64,000 nucleotides of DNA from a bacterium (GCA_030549815.1 JAUQQQ010000005.1:6739-70738), one strand, 5' to 3'. Counted from the first letter of the stretch, positions 1-10,287 are shown. Made by a program: numbers and translations. The notes: generated from the letters alone by a model not told the origin.

Positions 1-495
1 GGTTTAACAAATGCGATAAATTTAATAGATGGAATGGATGGAGCTTTAGCGGGAATAGGAGCAATCATTTCTTTTTCCTTAGGTATATTAGCAATAATAC
101 AAGGACAAACAGTTTTAGCCATCTTTGTTTTCGCTTTAAGTGGAAGTTTAACAGGCTTCCTAAAATATAATTTTAACCCTGCTAAAGTATTCTTAGGAGA
201 CACTGGTAGCTTATTCATTGGAATGTTTATGAGTATAATCTCAATTTTAGGGTATTTCAAAAAAGCAACACTTATTTCAATAGCAATACCTGTAATAATT
301 TTTGCAATCCCGATATTTGATACACTTTTTGCAATAATAAGAAGAATAATAAAAAGGCAACACATTTTTCAACCTGACAAAGAACATATACATCACAAAC
401 TATTACAATACGGGTTTAATCAAAAACAAGCAGCGTTTATCCTTTACTTTATAACAATATTCCTGTCGATAATTGCAATAACGATAATTAAGTAG
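1..495 (+). CDS. Glycosyltransferase family 4 UDP-HexNAc:undecaprenyl-phosphate HexNAc-1-phosphate transferase (WecA/MraY family). The 5' end is truncated by the window edge.
   Basis: Reading frame is open from nt 1. Translation begins GLTNAINLIDGMDGLA, the conserved NAxNxxDGxDGL motif. It continues with DKEHIHHKLLQYGFNQKQAAFILY, the D..H.HHrLl..G C-terminal motif of WecA/TagO-type GT4 enzymes. C-terminal TM segments follow. Confidence 0.75.
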   Translation, partial: GLTNAINLIDGMDGALAGIGAIISFSLGILAIIQGQTVLAIFVFALSGSLTGFLKYNFNPAKVFLGDTGSLFIGMFMSIISILGYFKKATLISIAIPVIIFAIPIFDTLFAIIRRIIKRQHIFQPDKEHIHHKLLQYGFNQKQAAFILYFITIFLSIIAITIIK

Positions 496-506
496 GTGGT
501 AAAAGA

Positions 507-1232
507 ATGGAAACAAGAGCTAATTGGCTACAAACAGGAATTAATGCTATAAAAGCAAACGTAAAACCCATCTTAATTTCTGTTCTAATAGCTAATCCCT
601 TATTTTCTACCCTATCCTTTGGATTTGTACTTGGGATGCCATTTTTTATATCTTACAAGATATATCAAAAAATAAAAGAATATTATATAACAGGAACGGA
701 AGATTTTGAATTAAAAGATTTCGAAGTAGGTAAATATTTCTTAGAAGGTCTTAAATTCTATTTTTTTCTAATTATTTCTTTACTACCGGTATTTATATTA
801 TCTTTTTTAACATTAGCCTGCCCCCTTGCTTTACTATTATTTACCAATTTTATAACAATTGAAACAACCAGAAATTCTTGGTTTATTTTTTTATTAATGA
901 TATTAATAATGGGAATAATATTCTTAATTACTCTTCTTTCCAATTTTATTGCAGCTGCCTTTAAATATTACTATACAGTGAATTACGAAAAATTTGATCA
1001 AAACATACTAAATTTCATAATGGAAAATTACAAAAGGGTATTTAAGGATCCTTTAAAGACATTACATATAGGGTTAATAACAGCAGTATTTTCATTTATT
1101 ATATACTTTATACTTTTATTGCCAGCAATTTTTTCCCTTTTATTATTATCTTCTTCCTTTATCGTTTTAGCAGATATTTTTGTGTTATCTTATTTTTCAT
1201 CAAAAGAGACAAATCAAAAAAGTAATACATAG
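507..1232 (+). CDS. Hypothetical polytopic membrane protein
   Basis: 241-aa ORF with multiple hydrophobic segments. It starts 12 nt after the GT4 gene. No recognisable catalytic motif. Confidence 0.45.
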   Translation: METRANWLQTGINAIKANVKPILISVLIANPLFSTLSFGFVLGMPFFISYKIYQKIKEYYITGTEDFELKDFEVGKYFLEGLKFYFFLIISLLPVFILSFLTLACPLALLLFTNFITIETTRNSWFIFLLMILIMGIIFLITLLSNFIAAAFKYYYTVNYEKFDQNILNFIMENYKRVFKDPLKTLHIGLITAVFSFIIYFILLLPAIFSLLLLSSSFIVLADIFVLSYFSSKETNQKSNT

Positions 1233-1238
1233 AAAGGG

Positions 1239-2564
1239 TTGAAAAAAATGAAAGATGTATTTATAATAGGAGGTGGGCCTGCAGGAACTAAAGTCGCACA
1301 AGAATTGAGAATTTTAGGATTTGAAGGCAATATAACCATTTTCGAAGACAGGTTCTTAGGTGGAGAATGCACAAACGTTGGATGTATACCATCAAAAACA
1401 CTCTACAATTTTGCTAAATTAAGAATACTTTGCAAAAAACAAGCAAACGTAAACATAGAAATAAATCCATCGACCATAATAAACACTGTAAAAAAAGTCG
1501 TAAATACAATAAGGAAAGGTATTGAATATAATTTAAAACGATACGATATAAAAGTAGAAAACAAGATAGCCAAAGTAAGAAATAACCGAATAGTGATTGA
1601 TGAAAAAGAATATGGTTTTGATGTTCTGGTTTTATCAACAGGATCATCTCCATTAACCTTAGGATATAAAGATGAAAAAATACTTACAAACAGGGAACTA
1701 TGGGGAAATTATTTTGATGATTTTATAAATGAGGTTAGCAAAGGCATAAAAGTCCTAATAGTTGGGGGTGGATATATAGGTTTAGAAACAGCTTCAATGC
1801 TATCAACTATTTTCACAAATAGTAATTTCACTCTAATTGAAAAAGAAAAAGATATAATATTTACAGCCGACACAGATGTTATTAATGAAATCAAAAAAAA
1901 TTTCCAAAAAAATAACCAGAATTTGACAATCTTAACAAATACAACAATAAAAAACATTACAAAAAACTCCGATAATTTGATCGTCGAATATGAAACTCCA
2001 GAAGGAATAAAAAAAGAAGAATTTAATTTCATAATAATGTCAATTGGTAGAAAAATAAATAATCCAATAGAAAACTTAAAAACTTTAGAATTCGATGAGT
2101 ATTTAAGATTAAAAAATTCGGAGAATATATGGTTAGCGGGTGATATAACAGGAGGAAAGATGTTAGCACATAAAGCTGAGTTTCAAGCTAAATTAGTGGC
2201 ACACAATATAATACAAAAAAAACCCACAAAGAGATTCACAAAAACTAATGATCTACAGATACCATCAATAATGTTTTCAATCCCAGAAGCAGGATGGTAT
2301 GGATTGACAGAAAAAGAAGTAAAAGAAATGGGAATAGAGTATATAGTTAAAAAATCTTTCTTATCAGCTAATGCAAGAGCAATCGCAGATAATTCCCGAG
2401 AAGGTTTTGTCAAAATAATATACAATAACAGAGGAGAAATATTAGGTACACATGTAGTAGCAAGTAATGTAAGCGAATTAATAAATATACCAATGGTATA
2501 TAATTCCGAAACAATAGTATATCCTCACCCAACTCTTTCAGAAATTTTTAACGAATTATTATGA
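1239..2564 (+). CDS. Class I pyridine nucleotide-disulfide oxidoreductase, dihydrolipoyl dehydrogenase-like
   Basis: N-terminal GGGPAG FAD fold. Redox-active disulfide motif GGECTNVGCIPSK. Second Rossmann motif VGGGYIGLE. C-terminal HPTLSE signature of the lipoamide dehydrogenase family. Confidence 0.75.
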   Translation: MKKMKDVFIIGGGPAGTKVAQELRILGFEGNITIFEDRFLGGECTNVGCIPSKTLYNFAKLRILCKKQANVNIEINPSTIINTVKKVVNTIRKGIEYNLKRYDIKVENKIAKVRNNRIVIDEKEYGFDVLVLSTGSSPLTLGYKDEKILTNRELWGNYFDDFINEVSKGIKVLIVGGGYIGLETASMLSTIFTNSNFTLIEKEKDIIFTADTDVINEIKKNFQKNNQNLTILTNTTIKNITKNSDNLIVEYETPEGIKKEEFNFIIMSIGRKINNPIENLKTLEFDEYLRLKNSENIWLAGDITGGKMLAHKAEFQAKLVAHNIIQKKPTKRFTKTNDLQIPSIMFSIPEAGWYGLTEKEVKEMGIEYIVKKSFLSANARAIADNSREGFVKIIYNNRGEILGTHVVASNVSELINIPMVYNSETIVYPHPTLSEIFNELL

Positions 2565-4099
2565 AATTATTAAGATTTGTATTAATAATACTTATTTTGA
2601 CAATATCATTAACTTTTGCAAATACAAAAATTGTATATTTCTATTTTCAAGATCAGTTTTTGGTAATATACAATGATGAAAATAATAAATTATTTGTGGA
2701 TATAAATAGTGGTTTTGTGATAAAGCCAGAGCAGCAAGAACAAAAACTAAAATTCGTTGAATATTTATTAGATACAAAAACATTCATAAGTAGAGATGAA
2801 GATGTTTTTACTAAGATATATGTTTTAAAAAAAATCATAAATTTTGATTTTAATGAAGTAGAACCAACAAACATAGATTATTATTCCTGGGGACCTCTAA
2901 CATATAAGTATTTAGCAATCTTCTGTAAAAAAATTAATGATAGCATAACAATAAGGATTCCTTCTTTTGATCAATTACCTGAAGAAATGAAAAAAGATAT
3001 AATAGAAAGATATAGATTAGTATTCGGAACAGCATTCAATGATCCTCAATATTTACAATATGAAATAACTTTCAAAAAATTAATTACAAATGAAGAAAAA
3101 ATAAATACCGATACAACAGAATTATATAAAACAGAATCGATAACTACCACGACAGAAACACAAAACACTACTAATATACAATCGACAACACAAATATCGA
3201 CAATACAAATGCCTCCAATCCAAACAACAAATAATAACCAAAGCACATTCAAAAAAACAATGCCATTATTATTTAATAACTTGGTAATAATAGTTGTTAT
3301 TTTTATTATTCTTTTAGTATTATCATCTTTCATACTTTTGAGATTAACAAACAATAAAAAGCATCTACATAACTCTCAAGAAAACATAGCAATTTTTAAT
3401 GAAGTAAAAATTAATCAGGAAAAAATATCAAATGAAATAGAAATATTGAAAGAAAAAACCTCTGCCTTAGAAAGTAAAATAAAACAAATATTTCAAAGAT
3501 TAGAAGAAATCTCAATGAAAACCGAAATAGCCTACAAAAAAGTAGAAGAGCAAAATATAAAACAAGAAGTTAAAGAAGAAGAATTCCTGGAAACTCAAAC
3601 AATAGATCAAACAAAAGCATTAGATAAAGAATCACTTGAATTAGTAATGTTCAAAATAGATAATATAATTAACAAACTAAAAACTTTGGAAATGTATAAA
3701 GAAATGGATATAAATATAAAAGCGGTAAAAATTATTTCAGATCTTTATGATATTAAGAATAAAATCAGGCAAACAAAAACGATTAACTTTTCTCAATGGG
3801 ATAATTTAGTTAAAAATTCAGTTATTGATCTACTAACAGCAATTGAAAAATATCAAAAAAAATTAGGATATAATGAAAATATAGAAATCATAACAAAACA
3901 AATTATGGAAGAATTCGAAATAGAAGAAATTAATATAATACCAGAACAAACAAAAGTAAATATAATAGATCATAGAGTGGAGGGATACTCAAGAAATCCA
4001 TCTCTACCTAATGGTGTAATAACAGAAGTAAAAGAAAAAGGATATAAATACAAAGGAGTAACAGTAAAAAGAGCAAAAGTTATAGAAAATAGGACATGA
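2561..4099 (+). CDS. Membrane-anchored coiled-coil protein (hypothetical)
   Basis: ATGA overlap with the upstream gene. N-terminal hydrophobic segment, a Thr-rich linker (TTTTETQNTTNIQSTTQ), a central TM helix (LVIIVVIFIILLVLSSFILL), then a long K/E/I-rich heptad-like C-terminal region. Confidence 0.5.
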   Translation: MKLLRFVLIILILTISLTFANTKIVYFYFQDQFLVIYNDENNKLFVDINSGFVIKPEQQEQKLKFVEYLLDTKTFISRDEDVFTKIYVLKKIINFDFNEVEPTNIDYYSWGPLTYKYLAIFCKKINDSITIRIPSFDQLPEEMKKDIIERYRLVFGTAFNDPQYLQYEITFKKLITNEEKINTDTTELYKTESITTTTETQNTTNIQSTTQISTIQMPPIQTTNNNQSTFKKTMPLLFNNLVIIVVIFIILLVLSSFILLRLTNNKKHLHNSQENIAIFNEVKINQEKISNEIEILKEKTSALESKIKQIFQRLEEISMKTEIAYKKVEEQNIKQEVKEEEFLETQTIDQTKALDKESLELVMFKIDNIINKLKTLEMYKEMDINIKAVKIISDLYDIKNKIRQTKTINFSQWDNLVKNSVIDLLTAIEKYQKKLGYNENIEIITKQIMEEFEIEEINIIPEQTKVNIIDHRVEGYSRNPSLPNGVITEVKEKGYKYKGVTVKRAKVIENRT

Positions 4100-6204
4100 T
4101 TAAAGAATTTATTGAAAAAATATTCAGTGAATATAAAAACCAAAAAACATCTTCGTTAACAACTATCGATATCTTATTAGAACTTGATAAAAAAGGAACA
4201 AAAAAACTTAAAAAAGAAGTTAGAGACTTTTTAAAACTATTTTCCTCGCTTAATGTCAAGGGAAATGAAGAAACAGTTATTAGCCCACTTTTAAAAAAAT
4301 TCCAAAAACAATATGAAAATAAAAACCCATCAATAGACGATTTTATTAATTTCTTATTTACTAATAAATCAATCCTTAATGTTATAGCTTCTTTCTTCAA
4401 TACCAATGATGTAAAAAATTTCATTTTTGAAAAAGATGAAGAAGTCAAAAAAGAAGATAAAAAAGAAGATAAAAAAATAGAGTTTTTGGAAAAGTATGGT
4501 AGAAATTTAGTAAAGTTAGCTAAGGAAGGAAAACTTAACAAAGTTGTTGGTAGAGATGAAGAAATACAAAGGGTAATCCAAATTTTATTAAGAAAAACCA
4601 AAAATAGTCCAGTTTTAATAGGAGAAGCAGGAGTAGGTAAAACTGCTATCGTTGAAGGATTAGCACAAAAAATCGCTAATAACCAAATCAAAGAACTACA
4701 AAATGTCGAAATATATGAAATTACTGTATCTTCACTACTTGCAGGTACATCCTTAAGAGGAGAATTAGAAAAAAAATTAGAAGAATTACTTAAAAATTTA
4801 GAAAATCGTGAAAATGTGATACTCTTCATAGATGAAATACATACTATAATGCTTGATAATACTATTTCTAACATCATAAAACCTGCCTTAGCAAGGGGAC
4901 AAATAAAAATTATAGGAGCAACAACAACCGAAGAATATTACAAATACATAGAGAAAGACCCTGCTTTAGAAAGAAGGTTCCAACCTATAATGGTTGATGA
5001 ACCTACACCAGAACAAACATTATTTATTCTTGAAAATATAATTGATACATTTGAACAATATCATCAAGTTAAATACGATAGATCAATATTGGAAAAAATC
5101 ATTAAATTAGCACAAAGATATATACCCCACAGAAATTTACCAGACAAAGTTATAGATATTATCGATGAAGTAGCAACTTATGTTAAGACAGAAAAAAATA
5201 AAAACACTGTCGAATTAGAAGATGTGAAAGAAATAATAAGTAAGCAAACAAACATTCCGATATCAAAAATGCAAGAAGAAGAATTAGAAAAAATAACAAA
5301 CTTAGAAGAAATATTGAAGTCTAAAGTTATAGGTCAAGATGAAGCAATAGAAAAAGTTGCAAAAGTCATAAAAATATCAAAAGCAGGACTTAATCCAAAT
5401 AAAAGGCCATATGGTGTATTCTTATTTTTAGGTCCCACAGGTGTCGGTAAAACATATTTAGCAAAAGTATTAGCAGAAACACTTTTTGACAGTGAAGAAA
5501 ACCTAATAAGGCTCGATATGTCAGAATTTAAAGAAAAACACGAAGTATCAAAACTATTAGGAGCACCACCCGGATACATAGGATTTGATAAAGACGGTAT
5601 TTTGACATTAGCAATAAAGAAAAATCCATATGCAATAATATTGTTAGATGAAATAGAAAAAGCGCATCCTGAAGTATTCGATATATTCCTCCAAGTATTT
5701 GATGAAGGAAAATTAAAGGATTCAAAAGGTAGAACTCTGATATTTTACGATACAGTCATTATAATGACATCGAACATAGGGTCCTCCTTAATATTTGATT
5801 TATTAAATAACAATCCATCAATAACATCAGAAGAACTCAAAAAAGCAGTATTACCAGAAATTATGAAATTTTTACGTCCAGAAATAGTAAATAGAATAGA
5901 CGAAATAATCGTCTTTAAACCCTTAGATAAAGAAAATGTGAAAAGAATAATAGAATTGGAATTAGAACAAATTTCAAAAAAAATTGAAGAAAGTGGAGAT
6001 AGTATAATCTTTACAGAAAATATCAAAAACTACATCTTAGAAAATGGATTTAACTTTTCATTCGGAGCAAGAAACATAAAGAGATTTATTCAATCAGAAA
6101 TCCTCAGTAAAATAGCACAAACCATATTGGAAAATTTACATATAAAAAACAAAAAAATAATAGTTGACTACGAAGAAGGAATAATAGTAAGGATAGAATC
6201 ATGA
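4096..6204 (+). CDS. Clp-type AAA+ ATPase (ClpA/ClpC/ClpB family, two nucleotide-binding domains, no long M-domain)
   Basis: D1 Walker A GEAGVGKTAIVEGLAQ, with the flanking conserved VVGRDEEIQRVIQILLRKTKNSPVLIGE and ILFIDEIHT. D2 Walker A GPTGVGKTYLAK, with LLDEIEKAHPEVFDIFLQVFDEG and the sensor region IIMTSNIGS. Confidence 0.85.
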   Translation: MIKEFIEKIFSEYKNQKTSSLTTIDILLELDKKGTKKLKKEVRDFLKLFSSLNVKGNEETVISPLLKKFQKQYENKNPSIDDFINFLFTNKSILNVIASFFNTNDVKNFIFEKDEEVKKEDKKEDKKIEFLEKYGRNLVKLAKEGKLNKVVGRDEEIQRVIQILLRKTKNSPVLIGEAGVGKTAIVEGLAQKIANNQIKELQNVEIYEITVSSLLAGTSLRGELEKKLEELLKNLENRENVILFIDEIHTIMLDNTISNIIKPALARGQIKIIGATTTEEYYKYIEKDPALERRFQPIMVDEPTPEQTLFILENIIDTFEQYHQVKYDRSILEKIIKLAQRYIPHRNLPDKVIDIIDEVATYVKTEKNKNTVELEDVKEIISKQTNIPISKMQEEELEKITNLEEILKSKVIGQDEAIEKVAKVIKISKAGLNPNKRPYGVFLFLGPTGVGKTYLAKVLAETLFDSEENLIRLDMSEFKEKHEVSKLLGAPPGYIGFDKDGILTLAIKKNPYAIILLDEIEKAHPEVFDIFLQVFDEGKLKDSKGRTLIFYDTVIIMTSNIGSSLIFDLLNNNPSITSEELKKAVLPEIMKFLRPEIVNRIDEIIVFKPLDKENVKRIIELELEQISKKIEESGDSIIFTENIKNYILENGFNFSFGARNIKRFIQSEILSKIAQTILENLHIKNKKIIVDYEEGIIVRIES

Positions 6205-6500
6205 AAATATATATTTTAAGTGGACCATACGAAGGAAATAATTACAATTTTGATTATGATATAACAATAGGAAGGGATAGTTCAAACGACATTCCCCTAC
6301 CCCTTGATCTCTCAATATCAAGAAAACATCTAAAAATATCAACAGTTGGGAAAGAATTAATAATAGAGGATTTGAATTCGACAAATGGGACTTTCTTATT
6401 GGAAAATGGTAAAATGATTAAAGTAAGTGGGAAAAAAATTATAAACAAATTCCCAATCTTTTTGAAAATAGGGAATACCGTTATGGAGGTTGAAGTATGA
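6201..6500 (+). CDS. FHA domain protein
   Basis: 99-aa ORF with ATGA overlap to the Clp gene. Pattern GR.....DI.L......SRKH..I......L.I.DLNSTNGTF.N matches FHA-domain conserved residues (G-R, S-R-x-H, N-G-T). Confidence 0.7.
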   Translation: MKIYILSGPYEGNNYNFDYDITIGRDSSNDIPLPLDLSISRKHLKISTVGKELIIEDLNSTNGTFLLENGKMIKVSGKKIINKFPIFLKIGNTVMEVEV

Positions 6501-7933
6501 GTATTTTGAGTATAGGAGCAATAATAGCAATAGGGGGAATCCTCGCTATTACAACAACCATCCTTACAGCAGCAACTGGAACAACCGCAGTTCTATTACA
6601 AAATAACCAAAATAGAAAAATAGATATTCCCCAAATAAATGAAATATCAAACATATCATATCAAGAACAACAAAAACTATTACAACAAACTCTTAATAAC
6701 CTTAGAAACATAGTTCAAGAAAACCAAATGAATATAGAATTAAAAAATGAGAGGGATAAATTAATAAACAAAATAGAAAATCTTAACAAAATACTTCAAA
6801 ACCCCATTTCAAACTATGATAAAATTAATCAAGAAGCAACAGAATTGGTAGAAGAAATAAACGAATTAATTATTAGAAATCAATCGATAAATTATCAAAA
6901 ACAAGAAATCATTAACCAAATAAAAAAATACCAAAACAAAATAAAAAACGTTGAAGAAATTAAAAATGTAGAGCAAATTATAAAAAATCCTCACAATTTC
7001 CATACCAAAGATATTGAAAATTTACTTAATAAAATCGAAGATGCTTATATATCGTATGAATTAGAAATAAAGGTAACAAAAAGTGAAGCTGAAAATAAAA
7101 AGAGGGAATTAACATTACAAAAAATTCGAGAAAATCTTCTTAAAATTAAAGAAATAGACTTAGAAACATATCAAAAAGTAATTCATAAATATGAAAATTT
7201 AGAAAACCTGGATGAATCATATTTGAAAATATTATATGATCAATCTCAACTCGATTTTTCAAATTTACAAACTAAAAAAATAAGAACAGATATTTATAAA
7301 ATTCAATTAGAATTATTAAAACATAATATTGATAACATTCTAAAAACGGTAGAAAAAGACGTAGAATTAAAAGAATTCTACCCTAAAACTCTTAAAATAT
7401 TCCAAAACATTGACGATTTAATAAAACAAAAATTCATAGAAAAAGAAGAATTTGAAAAACTAAGATTGAAATTCATCGAAGTATACAACTCTATACTAAA
7501 AAAAATAGAATATCTACAAACCCAAAAATTATTACAGAAAAATATAAAAGAAACATTAGAAAAAATAGGATATCAAATCATCGATTCCTTATTAATAGAA
7601 AAATTAACAAAAGGAGAAATCATTTACATAGATATACCATATTCAGATGAATATAAAGTTCAACTAAGGTTAACAGAAGATAATCAAATATATTTCAGAT
7701 TAGTCAAATTCACTGATTCCTTAACACCTACATCATATGAAAAACAAAAAGATTTAGAAATAGCCCAAAAATGGTGTAAAGATTATGATAAAATATTAGA
7801 ACTATTAAAGGAAAATGGAATAATAATAGAAAACATAAAAAGAATAGAACCAGAAGAAACCGAAATAACTTACATACTAAAAGAAGAAAAGAAAAAACAA
7901 CAAGAACAACAAAAATATATGCAAATCGAATAA
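6497..7933 (+). CDS. Membrane-anchored coiled-coil protein (hypothetical)
   Basis: ATGA overlap with the FHA gene. N-terminal TM helix (ILSIGAIIAIGGILAITTTILTAATG). About 440 aa of K/E/N/Q-rich heptad-like sequence follows. Confidence 0.5.
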   Translation: MSILSIGAIIAIGGILAITTTILTAATGTTAVLLQNNQNRKIDIPQINEISNISYQEQQKLLQQTLNNLRNIVQENQMNIELKNERDKLINKIENLNKILQNPISNYDKINQEATELVEEINELIIRNQSINYQKQEIINQIKKYQNKIKNVEEIKNVEQIIKNPHNFHTKDIENLLNKIEDAYISYELEIKVTKSEAENKKRELTLQKIRENLLKIKEIDLETYQKVIHKYENLENLDESYLKILYDQSQLDFSNLQTKKIRTDIYKIQLELLKHNIDNILKTVEKDVELKEFYPKTLKIFQNIDDLIKQKFIEKEEFEKLRLKFIEVYNSILKKIEYLQTQKLLQKNIKETLEKIGYQIIDSLLIEKLTKGEIIYIDIPYSDEYKVQLRLTEDNQIYFRLVKFTDSLTPTSYEKQKDLEIAQKWCKDYDKILELLKENGIIIENIKRIEPEETEITYILKEEKKKQQEQQKYMQIE

Positions 7934-7970
7934 AGAGGATAAGAAAAAAAGTAACAAGAATAATCTATAT

Positions 7971-8705
7971 GTGAATGTTAGCGTATTAGAAGCAATAGGA
8001 TTACAAAAAATTTACTCCAAAAGAGTCGTTGTCAATAATGTTAGTTTAAATATAAAACAAGGTGAAATCGTTGGTTTATTAGGTCCAAACGGTGCAGGAA
8101 AAACAACTACCTTCTATATGTTAGTCGGATTAACAAAACCAAACAAAGGAAAAATATTGATAGATAATAATGACATAACTTTCTTACCACTATACAAAAA
8201 AGCAAAATTTGGAATATCATATTTACCCCAAGAAAGTTCTATATTCAGAGGACTTACCGTGGAAGAAAATTTCCAATTGATCCTTGAATATTACTACAAA
8301 GATAAAAATATAATAAAAGAAAAAATCGATGAATTAATAGAAGAATTCGGTTTACAAAAAGTTAGGAAAAATTTTGGATATACCTTGTCAGGTGGAGAAA
8401 GAAGAAAAGTAGAAATAGCAAGGACAATGATAATTAATCCTAAATTTTTACTTTTAGATGAGCCGTTTAGTGGAGTAGATCCAATAACAATAGAACAAAT
8501 ACAAAAAATAGTAAATAGACTAAAATTAAAAAACATTGGGATAATGATAACCGATCATAATGTATACGAAACATTAAGAATAGTTGATAGAGCGTATATA
8601 ATATCGAATGGAGAAGTAATGGTTGAAGGAACAAGAGAAGAAGTAGCATCTAATGAATTAGCAAAAAAATACTATTTAGGAGAGAAATTTAGACTACTAC
8701 AATAA
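7971..8705 (+). CDS. lptB: ABC transporter ATP-binding protein, LptB-like (LPS export ATPase)
   Basis: Walker A GPNGAGKTT. YLPQESSIFRGLTVEEN matches the LptB-characteristic YLPQE.SIFR.L.V..N block. ABC signature LSGGERRKVEIAR. Walker B LLLDEPFSGVDP. No fused TMD. Confidence 0.7.
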   Translation: MNVSVLEAIGLQKIYSKRVVVNNVSLNIKQGEIVGLLGPNGAGKTTTFYMLVGLTKPNKGKILIDNNDITFLPLYKKAKFGISYLPQESSIFRGLTVEENFQLILEYYYKDKNIIKEKIDELIEEFGLQKVRKNFGYTLSGGERRKVEIARTMIINPKFLLLDEPFSGVDPITIEQIQKIVNRLKLKNIGIMITDHNVYETLRIVDRAYIISNGEVMVEGTREEVASNELAKKYYLGEKFRLLQ

Positions 8706-8761
8706 ATCTCCGCCTGCTGGAAATAGGGCGGAAAAAAATACTCCAGCACCTATTAAAAACT

Positions 8762-9196
8762 ATGGATTACCAAGAATTTGTGAACAAACTAATCGAAAAA
8801 TATGGAGAAGACAGATCAAAACTAATCGAAATGGCTTTCGATATACAAGAACAATATAACTATATACCCAAAGAGTTACTTAAAATCCTTTGTGATCGAT
8901 TAAAAATATTTTACGCAGAAGCTTATTCTTCTATTTCATTCTTCAAAGATTTTAGATTCCAACCCAAAGAAAAAATAAAAATAACAGTTTGTAATGGAAC
9001 ATCTTGCTATTTTAACGGAGGGAAAGAATTGTATGAAGAGTTAATCCAAAATCTTGGAGAAGATTACGAAATTGGATTTAGTTACTGTTACAAATGTTGT
9101 GCTAAATACCCCGTGGTAGTAATTGAAAAAGAAACATTATTAAATGCAAATTACCAAAAGGTTAAAGAAAAAATAAGGTCATACAACAAAAACTAA
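8762..9196 (+). CDS. Thioredoxin-like [2Fe-2S] ferredoxin (NuoE/HydC-like fold)
   Basis: Cx4C (CNGTSC), then about 35 aa, then a CYKCC Cys cluster. The spacing is typical of NuoE-type 2Fe-2S ligands. Small 144-aa standalone ORF. Confidence 0.45.
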   Translation: MDYQEFVNKLIEKYGEDRSKLIEMAFDIQEQYNYIPKELLKILCDRLKIFYAEAYSSISFFKDFRFQPKEKIKITVCNGTSCYFNGGKELYEELIQNLGEDYEIGFSYCYKCCAKYPVVVIEKETLLNANYQKVKEKIRSYNKN

Positions 9197-9222
9197 ACAA
9201 AATTTCAGAGAAAGGGGGAAAA

Positions 9223-10287
9223 GTGCAAAAAAACTGCACAAATATTATGGCAAAAAAGATATTAGTTTTAGAAGGAGATGGAGTTGGGAAAGAAGTTATA
9301 AAATCAGCAATTAAAATACTTGAATTTATACAAAAAAAACTAAAATTAAAAATTGAACTTGAATACGATTACATTGGGGGAGAATGTATAGATAGGTTTG
9401 GTGTTGCTATTAAAGAAGAAACCATAAAGAAAGCAAAAAAATACGGGATTGTGTTATTAGGTGCAGTCGGTGGATACAAGTGGGAAAAATCTAAAGTTAA
9501 ACCCGAAGAAGGATTACTGAAGCTTAGAAAAGAAATGGGAGTTTATGCAAATATTAGACCAATTCACTCTTTTTTCAATAGAAACATTGATATAGTTTTT
9601 GTGAGAGAACTTACAGGAGGGATATATTTTGGGAAACCCAGAAAAAGATGGATAAAAAATAATCGAACTTTTGTAATCGACACTCTTAAATATTCTGACA
9701 AAGAAATAGAAAGAGTTGTAAGGGTAGCGTTTGAAATTGCAAGAAATAGAAAAAAATTTTTGGTAAGCGTCGATAAAGCCAATGTATTGGAATCTTCACG
9801 CCTGTGGAGAGAAATCGTTAATAAAATATCAGAAGAATACAAAGATGTTAAAGTTGAACATCATTTGGTAGATTCCTTTGCTATGAACCTAATCCTGAAA
9901 CCAGAGTATTTTGATGTTGTGGTTACGGAAAATCTTTTTGGTGATATATTAACAGATGAAGCTGCAGTATTAGTAGGAAGTTTAGGGCTATTACCATCAG
10001 CAAGTTTGGCTTTCAAAAAAGAGAAAGTAATAGGTTTATATGAACCAATACATGGGTCAGCACCAGATATAGCAGGTAAAAATATAGCAAACCCCATAGG
10101 AGCAATTTTGTCAGTAGCACTAATGTTTAAATATTCTTTAAAAAGAGATGATATATATGAATTAATATACCAAGCAGTTCAAAAAACTTTAGAAAAAGGA
10201 TACAAAACTTTTGATTTAGATAAAAATAATTACCTTCAAACCGATAAATTCACAGATAAAATAATAGAAAATATGAATGTCAATTAG
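9223..10287 (+). CDS. leuB: 3-isopropylmalate dehydrogenase family (beta-decarboxylating dehydrogenase)
   Basis: ILVLEGDGVGKEV N-terminus. LRKEMGVYANIRP, ENLFGDILTDEAAVLVGSLGLLPSASL and YEPIHGSAPDIAGKNIANPIGAILS are the IMDH/IDH family signatures. The GTG at 9223 carries an AAGGGGG SD. The ATG at 9250 (MAKK) is an alternative start. Confidence 0.65.
   Translation: MQKNCTNIMAKKILVLEGDGVGKEVIKSAIKILEFIQKKLKLKIELEYDYIGGECIDRFGVAIKEETIKKAKKYGIVLLGAVGGYKWEKSKVKPEEGLLKLRKEMGVYANIRPIHSFFNRNIDIVFVRELTGGIYFGKPRKRWIKNNRTFVIDTLKYSDKEIERVVRVAFEIARNRKKFLVSVDKANVLESSRLWREIVNKISEEYKDVKVEHHLVDSFAMNLILKPEYFDVVVTENLFGDILTDEAAVLVGSLGLLPSASLAFKKEKVIGLYEPIHGSAPDIAGKNIANPIGAILSVALMFKYSLKRDDIYELIYQAVQKTLEKGYKTFDLDKNNYLQTDKFTDKIIENMNVN

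Noticed and set aside
4096-6500. Clp ATPase + FHA pair as a type VI secretion (ClpV/Fha) fragment
   Set aside because: No TssB/C, Hcp, VgrG, TssM or other T6SS core genes are within the window. The ATPase lacks a ClpV-type N-domain signature that I can recognise. It is kept only as an analogy in the findings.
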